Shown here: positions 16,570 through 26,077 of the stretch, piece after piece
Position numbering within the stretch: position 1 is the stretch's first letter
Layout of the letters: every line of letters starts with the position of its first letter
DNA from: a virus
Taxonomy: Duplodnaviria > Heunggongvirae > Uroviricota > Caudoviricetes
Strand: one strand, 5' to 3'
DNA length: 27,212 nt
Virus record (IMG/VR): IMGVR_UViG_3300005613_000005
Coordinates: 1 to 27,212 of that record
Notes under the pieces: model-generated
Database searches by the model: none
What the model saw: only the letters and a program-made list of their open reading frames with translations
What the model was told of the DNA's origin: nothing
Program-made: the position numbers and the translations under genes

Positions 16570-18174
16570 TTACGTAACATTTACTACAAAACTAATGGGT
16601 ACTACTGCACTACCACCGGATAGTTTAACTTCTAGTGTTATCAAAAACATAGTCCCAGGTATCCTGCTATCTGAAGTGTTGAAATACTCTACATTTAATC
16701 GTTCAACTCTGTCATAACGAGTATCATTTTCTATATTAAAATTTATAGATTCTATTATAGCTTGTCTTATAGCAGTTATATCAATATTTTTATTACCTTG
16801 TATTGCTATAAGACCATATTCGGGATGACGTGATAATTCTCCTGATTCTGTTGCTAATTTTAATTTTATGGCTTGAATAGCATTGTCTAATCCATAACTT
16901 AATTGGACATCACTTGTCGCAGTAAATATTATATCGCCGTTTTCATCTAACATAAGGTCAACTTTTGCTTGTTTTTCATCAGCAGCACTTGCTTGTAAAA
17001 ACCATGGTATATCTTTATAAGTTTCTGGATTAATAGGATCATTAGAAGGTATCAACACATAAAATCCACTATTGATAGTATTGCGTTTATATATTCGGAC
17101 GTTGGCATGATCTGTTACTGTATATTTACTTAGATCATCGTCTCCATTTAACTCTACAATAATTTCTCCACTTACAGGAACTTCATATATGTCTACAATT
17201 TTCCTCTGATCAGGATTGACTTCTGTGTCAGAGCGCAATATAACTATTTGATCTATATATAATTTTTCAATGTTTGGATTGCCGTCAGCATCTGTTGCAT
17301 CTAGGTTTATCTTGTTGCCATTAGCATTTGATAATAAATCTATGGTACTACCAACCTCATCAATATAAGGTGGTCTTAGACCATTAGCAACAGCAATTTC
17401 CATCCATTTATCGGCGTCATTAAGATACCTTTGGGCTAATGTTTTTAAATCTTCTCCGTAGTTCATCTTTACCAGACGCCCAGATGAGTATAGTTCAAAG
17501 GGTATATCTGGATTATTAGCATTAGCTTTAAGAAGAGCAAACGGATCGATACTTACTGTGTCTAGCGACCTGATATTAGCTAATATGAAATTGATTCCAG
17601 ACATAGCATCTTGATATAATTTCATAGTTTGTACGTCACTTATTGATGCTTCTGTTTGTTCAGCAACAGATGATCGATTATAAACGCTGTTATAACTATT
17701 ATCAGAAATCCCAACTACATCGGCTTTTTCATCGCGTACAGAACGAATGTCATTCTTCATAGATAAAAATTGACTTTTTGTATATGCCCTGATCTTTGCT
17801 ATCCTCGTATTAATTATATCTTGTTCATTGTTATTTATGGGAAATATGTCTAGTGGTAATAATTTCCATACGTCATAGTAACGATAAAAAACAGCTTTAT
17901 CAGAGAAAGGATTAAGTTGTGATGATGTCAATCGTTGGATCGCTATAAATTCGGTAAATTTATCTATTTTTTCTTTTGTCTGATCTGGATTATCTGCGTC
18001 TTCAGCGTACCCATAAACGCGATCTACTAAAAAAGACCATTTATCGCGGAATTGTGGCCAACGAAGTGCTATGAGATCTGGTATATCAGCCATTACTATA
18101 GTATCGCTGCTTTGTAATTTAAGCCATAAACTTACATCAGCGATATGTTGATATGCGGTTATAGCAGTTGCCAC
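16570..18174 (-). CDS. Baseplate wedge / sheath-initiator: LysM-like domain fused to C-terminal gp25/gpW-like domain (534 aa, GTG start)
   Basis: GEDLKTLAQRYLNDADKWMEIAVANGLRPPY is LysM/gpX-like. C-terminal DLML.ENGD.......QLSYGLDNAIQAI..KL.TE.GEL..HPEYG...I.....D.R...V is gp25-like. GTG lies 5 nt after AGGAGG. Confidence 0.78.
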   Translation of the reverse strand: MATAITAYQHIADVSLWLKLQSSDTIVMADIPDLIALRWPQFRDKWSFLVDRVYGYAEDADNPDQTKEKIDKFTEFIAIQRLTSSQLNPFSDKAVFYRYYDVWKLLPLDIFPINNNEQDIINTRIAKIRAYTKSQFLSMKNDIRSVRDEKADVVGISDNSYNSVYNRSSVAEQTEASISDVQTMKLYQDAMSGINFILANIRSLDTVSIDPFALLKANANNPDIPFELYSSGRLVKMNYGEDLKTLAQRYLNDADKWMEIAVANGLRPPYIDEVGSTIDLLSNANGNKINLDATDADGNPNIEKLYIDQIVILRSDTEVNPDQRKIVDIYEVPVSGEIIVELNGDDDLSKYTVTDHANVRIYKRNTINSGFYVLIPSNDPINPETYKDIPWFLQASAADEKQAKVDLMLDENGDIIFTATSDVQLSYGLDNAIQAIKLKLATESGELSRHPEYGLIAIQGNKNIDITAIRQAIIESINFNIENDTRYDRVERLNVEYFNTSDSRIPGTMFLITLEVKLSGGSAVVPISFVVNVT

Positions 18175-18175
18175 A

Positions 18176-19150
18176 TTACCCTCCTAATCCGCTTAATCCA
18201 CCGGCAGCAGCACCCAATAAATCTTTTGCTCCACCAACAGTCTTTTTAATATCACCCAGTATCGAAGAACCGCGCACCCCATCTAATCCTAAAGCTCTTA
18301 AACGATCCTTATATGATTCTCCAACAGTTGGTACACTTAAAGGACTTAAATTATAAGCCCGTAAAACTATATTATATCTATATAGCATTGGATCATTCGT
18401 AGTTCTGCGTAATACAAATCTTTGTATAGCACAATAATATTGATTGTTATCTTTATAATTTAAAAATATCAGCGGATGTTTACCGCGTTCTCTTGGTTTA
18501 GTACTTTCCAAACCAGCAACATCAATTTTATATTCTTGAAAAAACTTATATAACCGATGAAACGCTGCGTATCCTGTATGATATATATCTAACCCTGTTT
18601 CATTGACCTGCGGCGATATCAAATCTTGAGCTTTATTTGCTATGGTATTATAACGTCCCAACGTTGACGCAAAAAATCCACCAGCCGATGCTGCCCCCCA
18701 ATTTCTATCGGTAACGTGAAATGAAGCACGATATGATGTTTCAGCCTTTCCGCCAGTAGTAAATGAATCAGGATACAAAGGGGCCATTCCCGTAGTTCCT
18801 TCAATAGATATATCAAAATAGCGCTGTTCAGAGTGTTGTTCTACGGTACCGTATAAGGTTGTTATCACGTTGGTAGCATAATGTGTTGTTATGGTTAAAT
18901 TTTCAGGAGAAATAGGAAGATATATCGATTGCGTTAAACCATTTCTCGTATGTCTTCTAAAACCGTACGGCAATGCCTGATACCAGTTCTCGGTACGAAT
19001 ATCATATCTTTCTATGGTTCGTTGCGGTTCAAACTGTGTAGCCATCATTTTTGACATCGCTAAATTTTTCTTAGCTAACTGATCTAAGCCGCTCGTATCA
19101 GCTTGAAAACCAATTTTGTTGGCCGCATACGACAGATTAAAACCTGACAT
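18176..19150 (-). CDS. Tail-tube-fold baseplate/tube-initiator-like protein (probable start 19150, 324 aa, rather than 19168)
   Basis: YLPISPENLTIT...ATNV..TL.G.VEQH...YFDISIEGTTG ... LIFLNYKDNNQYY.AIQRF.L.R....PMLYRYNIVL resembles P2 gpU / T4 gp48-gp54-type tube-fold proteins. AGGAGG (19158-19163) lies 7 nt before ATG 19150 and inside the longer ORF call. Confidence 0.6.
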   Translation of the reverse strand: MSGFNLSYAANKIGFQADTSGLDQLAKKNLAMSKMMATQFEPQRTIERYDIRTENWYQALPYGFRRHTRNGLTQSIYLPISPENLTITTHYATNVITTLYGTVEQHSEQRYFDISIEGTTGMAPLYPDSFTTGGKAETSYRASFHVTDRNWGAASAGGFFASTLGRYNTIANKAQDLISPQVNETGLDIYHTGYAAFHRLYKFFQEYKIDVAGLESTKPRERGKHPLIFLNYKDNNQYYCAIQRFVLRRTTNDPMLYRYNIVLRAYNLSPLSVPTVGESYKDRLRALGLDGVRGSSILGDIKKTVGGAKDLLGAAAGGLSGLGG

Positions 19151-19196
19151 ATATGATCCTCCTATCATATATTGTATAGCAAAAAGAGTTAATTAA

Positions 19197-19847
19197 CTAT
19201 TTAATTGTCCCATTGGACGCTGATCCACCCTGCAATGCTCCAGGATTTTTAGGGCAATATCCAATGACCATGCCAGGAGCATATTCGACCTCAGCGTTGG
19301 CCATGATATAATCGCACAGTGCGGTATAAAACCGTATCATATCAGTCTCTTGAGGGATTTTAGGAAAATAACTGGTGAACGTACTCCTTACTATGTTGGC
19401 CAACGCCGACCCGTTCAACCTAGTTATACGCCCTAACTTACCGTTTCCCTGTAAAAGATTGCTGTCACTAACACATTTTCCTTTTATAGTTCCTGACTCA
19501 AATTTGACTTTTCCAGTAGCCATGATATAGTCGCACACGGCTTTATTTTCTTGAGCTATGGCACCACTGTTAGATTGATTAAAGGTGGCTGTTATCTTGG
19601 CAGTCATTAGATCCGACATGACGTTAGTTATCGTGCCGTTATCAGAGTTACCAGACTCTAATTGACTCCCCGGTTTAGTACTGCCATCTACTTTAGGTTG
19701 TGCAGTTATTCCCACTTTGATAGCAGTTATTACACCAGCAGCGTATGCTTTAGCATGCTTGGTGAGTTGAGGATCAAGTCTGTCTTTCGTTTTTTTATTA
19801 CTCAACGCGTCGAATAATACCTGAGCTAAATCGTTAACTACCATCAT
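19197..19847 (-). CDS. Three-fold internally repeated small protein downstream of the spike; candidate spike-tip protein (216 aa)
   Basis: Three ~70-aa units ending NGTIT, LGRIT and NGTIK. Units 2 and 3 share A+CDYIMA..V.+..G.+.G.C. It directly follows the spike gene. The function is inferred. Confidence 0.45.
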   Translation of the reverse strand: MMVVNDLAQVLFDALSNKKTKDRLDPQLTKHAKAYAAGVITAIKVGITAQPKVDGSTKPGSQLESGNSDNGTITNVMSDLMTAKITATFNQSNSGAIAQENKAVCDYIMATGKVKFESGTIKGKCVSDSNLLQGNGKLGRITRLNGSALANIVRSTFTSYFPKIPQETDMIRFYTALCDYIMANAEVEYAPGMVIGYCPKNPGALQGGSASNGTIK

Positions 19848-19850
19848 AAT

Positions 19851-20930
19851 TTATAACTTTATTTGATCAATAAGCGATTTTAAAGCAGCAAAATCACTGA
19901 CCGTTGATATCGGAGCGCCAAAACCGGCGGCCGTCGTTTTTGATAAAAAATCTAGGGTTTGAGATAGTATATCTACTACTTCTACACCTGGTTTACCGAT
20001 GCTAACCTTATTACTTTTAACTTTATACTCGCTTGTAGCATCTAAACTATATTTATCTGTAGTTCCCTCTACTTTTTCACTGGCTGTAAACTTATATTGC
20101 TTTGTTGCCTGTATTATTTTATTTTGAGCCGTTAAGGAACTCTCTTTGGTCGTGCTAGTTATCTTATCGGTAGCGTTTATCGTCAATTGTTTAGTGGTAA
20201 GTGTCGTGAACTCAGGTTCCTTTTCCATTTTTAATATGATGTTACCGGATTGTATAGTTATAGTACCTTCTGCCTTATGTATCTTGATAAGTTGAGGTTT
20301 TTCTTGAGCAGCATCGTTGACGTGCCAGCTACCTTGCTTATCAAACTCATAGTAACTACCGGTCGTTTCTTCGGGATAGACAGGATCCGGAATGGGTGTG
20401 CCTGTTACAGGATTGTTGAGTGCCGATTGGTTGGTAGGCGCGCCACGAAACGTTATTTTATATTCACCATCTTTGTTTATCGTAGTTTTTAAACCATTGA
20501 ATTCACTATAGTATGATACATCCTGTTCATCTTGGATATTAGGTGTTCTAGCTGAATGTTGTTGTACATAACCTAAAATAACACCTTCTTTAGATAATCC
20601 CCCTAAATAAGCAATAACAACAACGTCGCCTGGTCGTATGTTATAGCTTCCTAAACCTTCTTCAGATTGTCCTTGAGTAAATCCCTGTAATACATATTCT
20701 TCATAATTGTATGCACCGCCAAAACGCGATGTTGGTACACATAACACAGGAACTCTGTTTCCATTATCATAAACTTCTACTACATAACGTCGCTGTCCTT
20801 TACCCTCTTTTTCATTGAAACGTCCCTCTTTGACTATTCCAATGCGTACTTGTGTATCACGGTGTTTTAATGCACCCGATACTTTTTTATGTTGCCATAA
20901 CGAACTGTCTTTAACAATATAATCGGGCAT
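19851..20930 (-). CDS. Central baseplate spike (T4 gp5 / P2 gpV-like: OB-fold plus beta-strand repeats), no lysozyme domain visible (359 aa)
   Basis: N-terminal VRIGIV....RYVVEV...P.PGD.VV+AY+GG....GVILG is the OB-fold motif. The C-terminal half is Thr/Lys-rich short beta repeats (LTINAT, SLTAQ, KFTAS, SLDAT). It follows the hub. Confidence 0.75.
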   Translation of the reverse strand: MPDYIVKDSSLWQHKKVSGALKHRDTQVRIGIVKEGRFNEKEGKGQRRYVVEVYDNGNRVPVLCVPTSRFGGAYNYEEYVLQGFTQGQSEEGLGSYNIRPGDVVVIAYLGGLSKEGVILGYVQQHSARTPNIQDEQDVSYYSEFNGLKTTINKDGEYKITFRGAPTNQSALNNPVTGTPIPDPVYPEETTGSYYEFDKQGSWHVNDAAQEKPQLIKIHKAEGTITIQSGNIILKMEKEPEFTTLTTKQLTINATDKITSTTKESSLTAQNKIIQATKQYKFTASEKVEGTTDKYSLDATSEYKVKSNKVSIGKPGVEVVDILSQTLDFLSKTTAAGFGAPISTVSDFAALKSLIDQIKL

Positions 20931-22726
20931 TAGTTACCATCCAATGTTTCTATATCAGGATCACTATCTGATGATGTTCCAAGTATATCTCTATTGTTCT
21001 TATCGCTAGCCGGTGGCATAGTTGAGGCATTTTTATCTACTCGTCCTTCTGCTGGTTCAATGATAGATGATACGTTTAATGGTTGTCTATCATCACCAAC
21101 AGCGATACCACGAACAAAACTAACAGTTGTTATAAAATTGCGCGCACCATTTATACTTACCGTAAATTGATGTGCAACTGATTCAACGTGTGCTAGAATT
21201 TTTGGATTTTTATCACTACTCAATAACGTATCAACATTAGTGTTATGTGATGATGTTATTAATGATTCATCAAACAATATATTATCACCAACTTGTATAT
21301 AATTGTTTTGTCCAATGAATACTATGTTACCATTGAGTAATAGATGAGTGTTAAAATACCATTCTCTCAATAAATTTTTCCATTTAGCCGTTCCATAAGG
21401 GTCAAAACCTAATTCTGAAGTAGGAGCAAGATATTTTGTGGATTTTATTATTGGACGAAATCCTTCACGACTAAACGCGTGTTCATCAAAACTCTGTGAT
21501 TGTAATTTAACGGCGTGTGGTCGTATAAAATCACCTAAACTTTGATCTGGCATAACTTCTGTAAAATTACTTTTATCGCGCCAGTTAGTCCCTATATCAA
21601 CGGCTAATACTTCATCCGTCGGTATGGATACTGTCCGTACATCAGAAAAACGTGCTGTAATGTCAATGACATCATTTTTACCAATAAAATCTTCACGAAA
21701 CACGAAAGGTCGGACTCGACGATATAATGCTAATTCCGCTTTTCCTTTAGGATTCCATCTTATATCGGCTATTAGTTCATTAAGTGTATCATTACAATTA
21801 TCTATCAATAATTGCCATATAGTGTGTGTTCCAAATATAGTATTTGGTTGTATAATGCCAACTGCTTCATTTTCAATTTTTTTATATTGATCGTAATATA
21901 TAGTACTGCCATTATCAGGATCAACATATCGTTGATTATTTGATAATACAATTCCTTCATAATTTAAGTTTATAATGTCAGCGATAGAATTTTGTCTAAA
22001 ACCAAAATAACGAGATACTTCAGTAGGAAATCGTAAGACGGTTGTAGATTTTAATGTAATAGGCGATATACCTTCAAATGTTGCCGTACTTCCTATACCT
22101 TCTAAACTATTTAACGCGTCATTTACATTAGTTACAACATTACTATCAGTACCCCATAATTTTAATAATACTTCCATATTTTTTTTAGGAGATGGTAGGC
22201 CCGTTGACCAAGCTTCTAATGCATGTTGTTCATATATGACTTTCCATTGCCCCCAAAATGTATTAGATCCTACATCGCGTATTAATGGATCAACATATAT
22301 CGCAGTATTAAAAACTCCACCCCAATCACTACCTTGAACTATATATTCAGTACTCCGCGCACCTGTTTCTTGGTTAACGGTTACATGGGCTCTTACAGAT
22401 TCAATTCTTCCTAGCATCTTTATTTTATTAGGATCAGCAGTTTCTACTAAATCTGAATATTCAATTTTTTGTTGTGACATTAATATTGCAAGCCAACTAC
22501 CGGGCGATAGTACCGATACCCAATTTTTTGTTGGTGCTAAACGAAGTTCAAAAGTGCCTTGCGGTTGACCCTTTGATTTTGCAGTTTTTATACTGATACA
22601 CGATACTGTACTTAATATTACTTTTTCTACATCATGCAAAGTACTCTTATCAGTATCTTCAGCACCCAATCGATTGACATAATTCCATATAACTACAGCA
22701 GCATGAGGCGTCTTTATGTTGCTCAT
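20930..22726 (-). CDS. Baseplate hub protein (T4 gp27 / Mu gp44-like) (598 aa)
   Basis: Located between TMP and spike. SI.T.KSKGQPQGTFELRL at the N-terminus and G.I...G.N.IQVGDN+...AHVESV.H.FTV..NG.R.F.TT+.FVRG at the C-terminus fit hub proteins. TAATG stop/start overlap with the spike gene. Confidence 0.7.
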   Translation of the reverse strand: MSNIKTPHAAVVIWNYVNRLGAEDTDKSTLHDVEKVILSTVSCISIKTAKSKGQPQGTFELRLAPTKNWVSVLSPGSWLAILMSQQKIEYSDLVETADPNKIKMLGRIESVRAHVTVNQETGARSTEYIVQGSDWGGVFNTAIYVDPLIRDVGSNTFWGQWKVIYEQHALEAWSTGLPSPKKNMEVLLKLWGTDSNVVTNVNDALNSLEGIGSTATFEGISPITLKSTTVLRFPTEVSRYFGFRQNSIADIINLNYEGIVLSNNQRYVDPDNGSTIYYDQYKKIENEAVGIIQPNTIFGTHTIWQLLIDNCNDTLNELIADIRWNPKGKAELALYRRVRPFVFREDFIGKNDVIDITARFSDVRTVSIPTDEVLAVDIGTNWRDKSNFTEVMPDQSLGDFIRPHAVKLQSQSFDEHAFSREGFRPIIKSTKYLAPTSELGFDPYGTAKWKNLLREWYFNTHLLLNGNIVFIGQNNYIQVGDNILFDESLITSSHNTNVDTLLSSDKNPKILAHVESVAHQFTVSINGARNFITTVSFVRGIAVGDDRQPLNVSSIIEPAEGRVDKNASTMPPASDKNNRDILGTSSDSDPDIETLDGN

Positions 22727-22738
22727 CTATAATCCTTA

Positions 22739-25609
22739 TTAATGGTGTGTACCATAAAAATCTATCGCTTCATATTCTGATTGTTTTAGTGATTTAATTG
22801 GCGTTTTATCTTTATCAACATCAACGCCGACAGCTTCTGCAAATTTATTTACCGCGCGTTCAAATACATTAGCAGCTTCACCAATTTTAGTAGCGGGTGT
22901 TTCAAATCGCTCTGCTGCTTCTGGCGCTGCTTCTGCTAATTCTCTTGGCGCTGTCGTTCTTTCTATAGCATCTAAAAAATCATTTAATCCAGTAATTTGT
23001 TTAGCTACATCTCCTGACGTATCAATTTCTTCAAATACACTAGCGCCTTCTTTGAGTATTTTAAACCCCATTTTACCTTTACGTATACGTTCTCTATTAG
23101 CTTGAGTTGCTCTAGTACCAGGTTGTACCCATTCTTCTTTTGCCGCATCTTCTCTACCGATATTAGCAAAGCCACCTAAACCAATTCCCCAAGCTGCATT
23201 AAAACCCGCAACTTCATCTTTAACATCATCGCTCATCTCATTAAATGTTATTTGCCCTAAAGCGTACTTATTATACTCAGCTCTAGCTTTAGGAGACATC
23301 ATCCAATATCCAGGAGTAGTTAAGGCGTATGTTCTTTGAGTAAAACGTCTAAATTTTGCTAAATTCTCAGCATTAACACCGGTTACGTTACCGTTAATAT
23401 CACGTTCTGCAAGTATACCACTTAAACCTGTTTGGTATAAAGTTTGTTGTACTTTTTTAGGATCACCGGCGACCATTGCTGCTTCTATTTGTTCTAACTT
23501 TTCTCTACTACCTGCTAATGCGCCTAAACTAACTCCTAATGCCCTATTTCCAAAAACTTGCCGCAACATTCCCATGCGAATTACGTTATTGAGTGAATAG
23601 CGTCTAGGATCCATGGCTTGATTAGCAGCAGTTATTAAATTTTGTGCTGCGCCGGCTCTTAAATTTTCTGCGACGCCAAGTTGCTGTAAACTTTGCATGG
23701 TTGTTGCCATCGTCTCTCGTGCACCAGCAGCTATATCTACACCGCGAGCAGCTTGTCCTGCACTAATACTAATTATTCCACTAACCATCTGTCCTATATT
23801 TTTTGAAGTATCTAATCCTTGAGCTGTAGCATTTGCTATTATAGTTTCTAAATTTTGAGTTGCATTAATACCAATATTACTTAATTGACTGGTCATACTG
23901 ACAAATTGCTGCGCAGTCATTGTTCCACCAAGTTGTGCTCTTGCTGCCGCTGCCAACGTATTATTAAAACCAAACTGTGCACCCATTCCCTGAACACCAG
24001 CCGCTGTTAAACCTGTTATATCTTGGTTTGTCAAGCCCATATTCATGAGATCTTGTAAACTAGCTCCTGCCCAAGTTTCTCTAATAGGCCCCATAGGAGC
24101 TTGTAATTGCCATAAGCTTTGTAATGCTGTTTCTCTTTGACGTCCCATTCCAATAGTTGCTCGTCCAGCTTGTATACTATAATCTGTAAATTCTTGTACG
24201 TTATAATTACCAACTTTATTAAATGAGTCAAAAAGTTGTAATGCTTTAACTTGACCTTGAATCCCAGCTAATGCTCCAGGAACACCTGTTGTAAATAATG
24301 CTATTCTTTTAGCAATGTTAGCAGCATCACGCATGCCAGCAGATACTGTACCAGTAGGATCAGTTGCCCACGTACCTGCTACATTACCGCTTGCTATTGC
24401 GATGTCACCTGCGATATCAAATCCTAGGGCTGTTTGTTCAGCCCAACGCATCCCTTGTCCAACTCTAGCAGCAGCTGCCCATCCACCAGCTAACCGTCTA
24501 GCAGCTGCAATATCGTCTTCTCTAGCAGCTTTATAAAAATCAAAAGATCGCCTGTTCGCTAACTCAGCATAACCTAGTTGGGCTTCCATACGCTGCATAG
24601 GAAGTTGGACACCAAAGAAACGGGTTAGGTCACCAGTAGTTCTTAACGCAGCACCGGCCCATCCACCGCTAAGTATATTTGCCAACCAACCTCCACGAGC
24701 TTGTGGACGTGAAGGATCAATACCTGCACCTCGTGCAACATTGCTAGCACTTACATATGAATCTTGAGCTTGTTGATATGCTCTTGACAGATCATCAACG
24801 TTATCTGCACCCTCTTCTAATGCTTTCCTAAACTTTTCCCACGCTTTATCCATGCCAGTTTGTGCAGACATCAAGTTTGTGGCAGCTTGTCGTTTACCAA
24901 TTTCACCTGTATATCCCATTCTAAACTCAGCTTCACCACGAAGTTGCTGTTGTACTTTCATACCAGTCGCGTATATAGATGCAGGATCAGCACGTTCTAC
25001 TCGCATGCGCTCCATGGCAAACGATGTCCTGGCTATTTCTTCTTCTGTGCCGGTTACTTTTCTAGCGGCTCTCTCTAACAGTTCTGGCGATGTATTAGGA
25101 TCTTGTGATAATATACCTAAATTTTCGCGATATTGTTCTAAGCGTTGTGTTGCTGCAGCATATCTTCTACGCATAGAACCGAAACCAGGTTGAGCCATCA
25201 CGTTGTAACCACCAGCTCGCATCACACGTTCTTCTTCCATGCCTTGACGTATACGTGTTGCGGACATGCGAGTACTCGCAAAACGGGTTATACGTTGTTG
25301 ATATTCAACATTGTATCGTTGCTGTCTTGCTATCTGCTCTTGTCGGACCTGTTCTCTAAACCGTTCTGCTTCAGATCCTATATCAGCAACTTCACCATAA
25401 TATTCTGCTATGGTTTGATCAGGATCAGGGCCGCGTCCTTTAACGTACTCCAGTTCTTCCTGCGCTCGTTGAGCGGCTGTCATGTAACGTGATTCGGCAG
25501 CACCAGGTGTAACTCTAGCACGTTGTAAACGTTCCATTATTTGGCCAAACTCTGAAGTCGTGTTTACAGGTCTAGTACTTCTATTTACAGGCCCTTTTCC
25601 TTTAGGCAT
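22739..25609 (-). CDS. Tape measure protein (956 aa)
   Basis: Long, predicted helical, Ala/Gly/Gln/Arg-rich protein with a charged coiled-coil N-terminus and Gly/Ala-rich hydrophobic patches. It lies immediately after the chaperone/frameshift pair and before the hub. Confidence 0.85.
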   Translation of the reverse strand: MPKGKGPVNRSTRPVNTTSEFGQIMERLQRARVTPGAAESRYMTAAQRAQEELEYVKGRGPDPDQTIAEYYGEVADIGSEAERFREQVRQEQIARQQRYNVEYQQRITRFASTRMSATRIRQGMEEERVMRAGGYNVMAQPGFGSMRRRYAAATQRLEQYRENLGILSQDPNTSPELLERAARKVTGTEEEIARTSFAMERMRVERADPASIYATGMKVQQQLRGEAEFRMGYTGEIGKRQAATNLMSAQTGMDKAWEKFRKALEEGADNVDDLSRAYQQAQDSYVSASNVARGAGIDPSRPQARGGWLANILSGGWAGAALRTTGDLTRFFGVQLPMQRMEAQLGYAELANRRSFDFYKAAREDDIAAARRLAGGWAAAARVGQGMRWAEQTALGFDIAGDIAIASGNVAGTWATDPTGTVSAGMRDAANIAKRIALFTTGVPGALAGIQGQVKALQLFDSFNKVGNYNVQEFTDYSIQAGRATIGMGRQRETALQSLWQLQAPMGPIRETWAGASLQDLMNMGLTNQDITGLTAAGVQGMGAQFGFNNTLAAAARAQLGGTMTAQQFVSMTSQLSNIGINATQNLETIIANATAQGLDTSKNIGQMVSGIISISAGQAARGVDIAAGARETMATTMQSLQQLGVAENLRAGAAQNLITAANQAMDPRRYSLNNVIRMGMLRQVFGNRALGVSLGALAGSREKLEQIEAAMVAGDPKKVQQTLYQTGLSGILAERDINGNVTGVNAENLAKFRRFTQRTYALTTPGYWMMSPKARAEYNKYALGQITFNEMSDDVKDEVAGFNAAWGIGLGGFANIGREDAAKEEWVQPGTRATQANRERIRKGKMGFKILKEGASVFEEIDTSGDVAKQITGLNDFLDAIERTTAPRELAEAAPEAAERFETPATKIGEAANVFERAVNKFAEAVGVDVDKDKTPIKSLKQSEYEAIDFYGTHH

Positions 25610-25618
25610 AATTTACCC

Positions 25619-26077
25619 TCAAAATTCTATCTTTAAATCGTCACCAAAATCTTCACCGAGCTCTTTCTTGTTTTTCTTAAGTTGCTCTTCCATCCACTCT
25701 TTATCTTTTTTCTTCTGCTCTGCTTCCTGCTTCTTCTTTAACTCTTTTAACTCTCGTAACTCTTCTTTTTCAGCCCAATCTAAGTTATTTTGAAGCCGTT
25801 CATCTTCTATTTTATCAGAATCTTGGTCAGCTTGATCTTTAGCAACACGTTTTCGTTCTGCCTTATCATGGTATTCATAGAGCAGTTCTTCAAGGGTATA
25901 TTGTTCAAGTAACGGGTCCTTGAGAGGTTTATTATAGTATTCTGACCACCAAGACTGTAATCTTAGCAGTAATGTTTTTTCTGAATTTACTTCTTTGTCA
26001 GCAAGCGCCCTGACTATGTTATAAATGGCATCGTAGGTGGAGAGCTGCCTTATTTGCTCCCCGTACTCTTTTCCCCC
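25619..26077 (-). CDS. -1-frame extension (T part) of the tail assembly chaperone; with the 26448 start the GT fusion is ~276 aa; not in the ORF track
   Basis: Open -1 frame GGKEYGEQIRQLSTYDAIYNIVRALADK...LQSWWSEYYNKPLKDPLLEQYTLEELLYEY...GEDFGDDLKIEF*, stop TGA at 25621-25619. No ATG/GTG/TTG until 21 residues from the end. It fills the entire gap before the TMP. Confidence 0.8.
   Translation of the reverse strand, partial: GGKEYGEQIRQLSTYDAIYNIVRALADKEVNSEKTLLLRLQSWWSEYYNKPLKDPLLEQYTLEELLYEYHDKAERKRVAKDQADQDSDKIEDERLQNNLDWAEKEELRELKELKKKQEAEQKKKDKEWMEEQLKKNKKELGEDFGDDLKIEF
26039..26077 (-). promoter_or_regulatory. Programmed -1 ribosomal frameshift signal: G_GGG_GAA slippery heptamer (26077-26071) plus 3' hairpin (26062-26039)
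   Basis: Frame 0 reads TTG GGG GAA AAG. After an 8-nt spacer, GGGGAGC / 10-nt loop / GCTCTCC forms a 7-bp stem with one G-U pair. GGGGGAA is the slippery sequence known from mycobacteriophage L5-type chaperone genes. Confidence 0.78.

Noticed and set aside
19187-19198. 12-bp perfect palindrome AGTTAATTAACT followed by a T-run on the minus strand (terminator or operator?)
   Set aside because: Almost all A/T, no room for a loop, and a single occurrence. Too weak to call.
11761-24231. Short minus-strand out-of-frame ORFs 11761..11991 and 24043..24231
   Set aside because: Fully nested in other frames of J and the TMP, with no recognisable motif or expression signal.
25739-25762. Short 9-nt-period repeat (TAACTC x3)
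   Set aside because: It only encodes the coiled-coil ELRELKELK in the frameshift ORF. It is not a spacer-repeat array.
2201-25793. The many 60-145-aa plus-strand ORFs in the track (e.g. 2201..2617, 11937..12374, 15480..15866, 24852..25193)
   Set aside because: They lie antisense to long, motif-bearing minus-strand genes. They have Ser/Val/Pro-rich shadow composition and no recognisable motifs, as expected from the reverse complement of biased codons.
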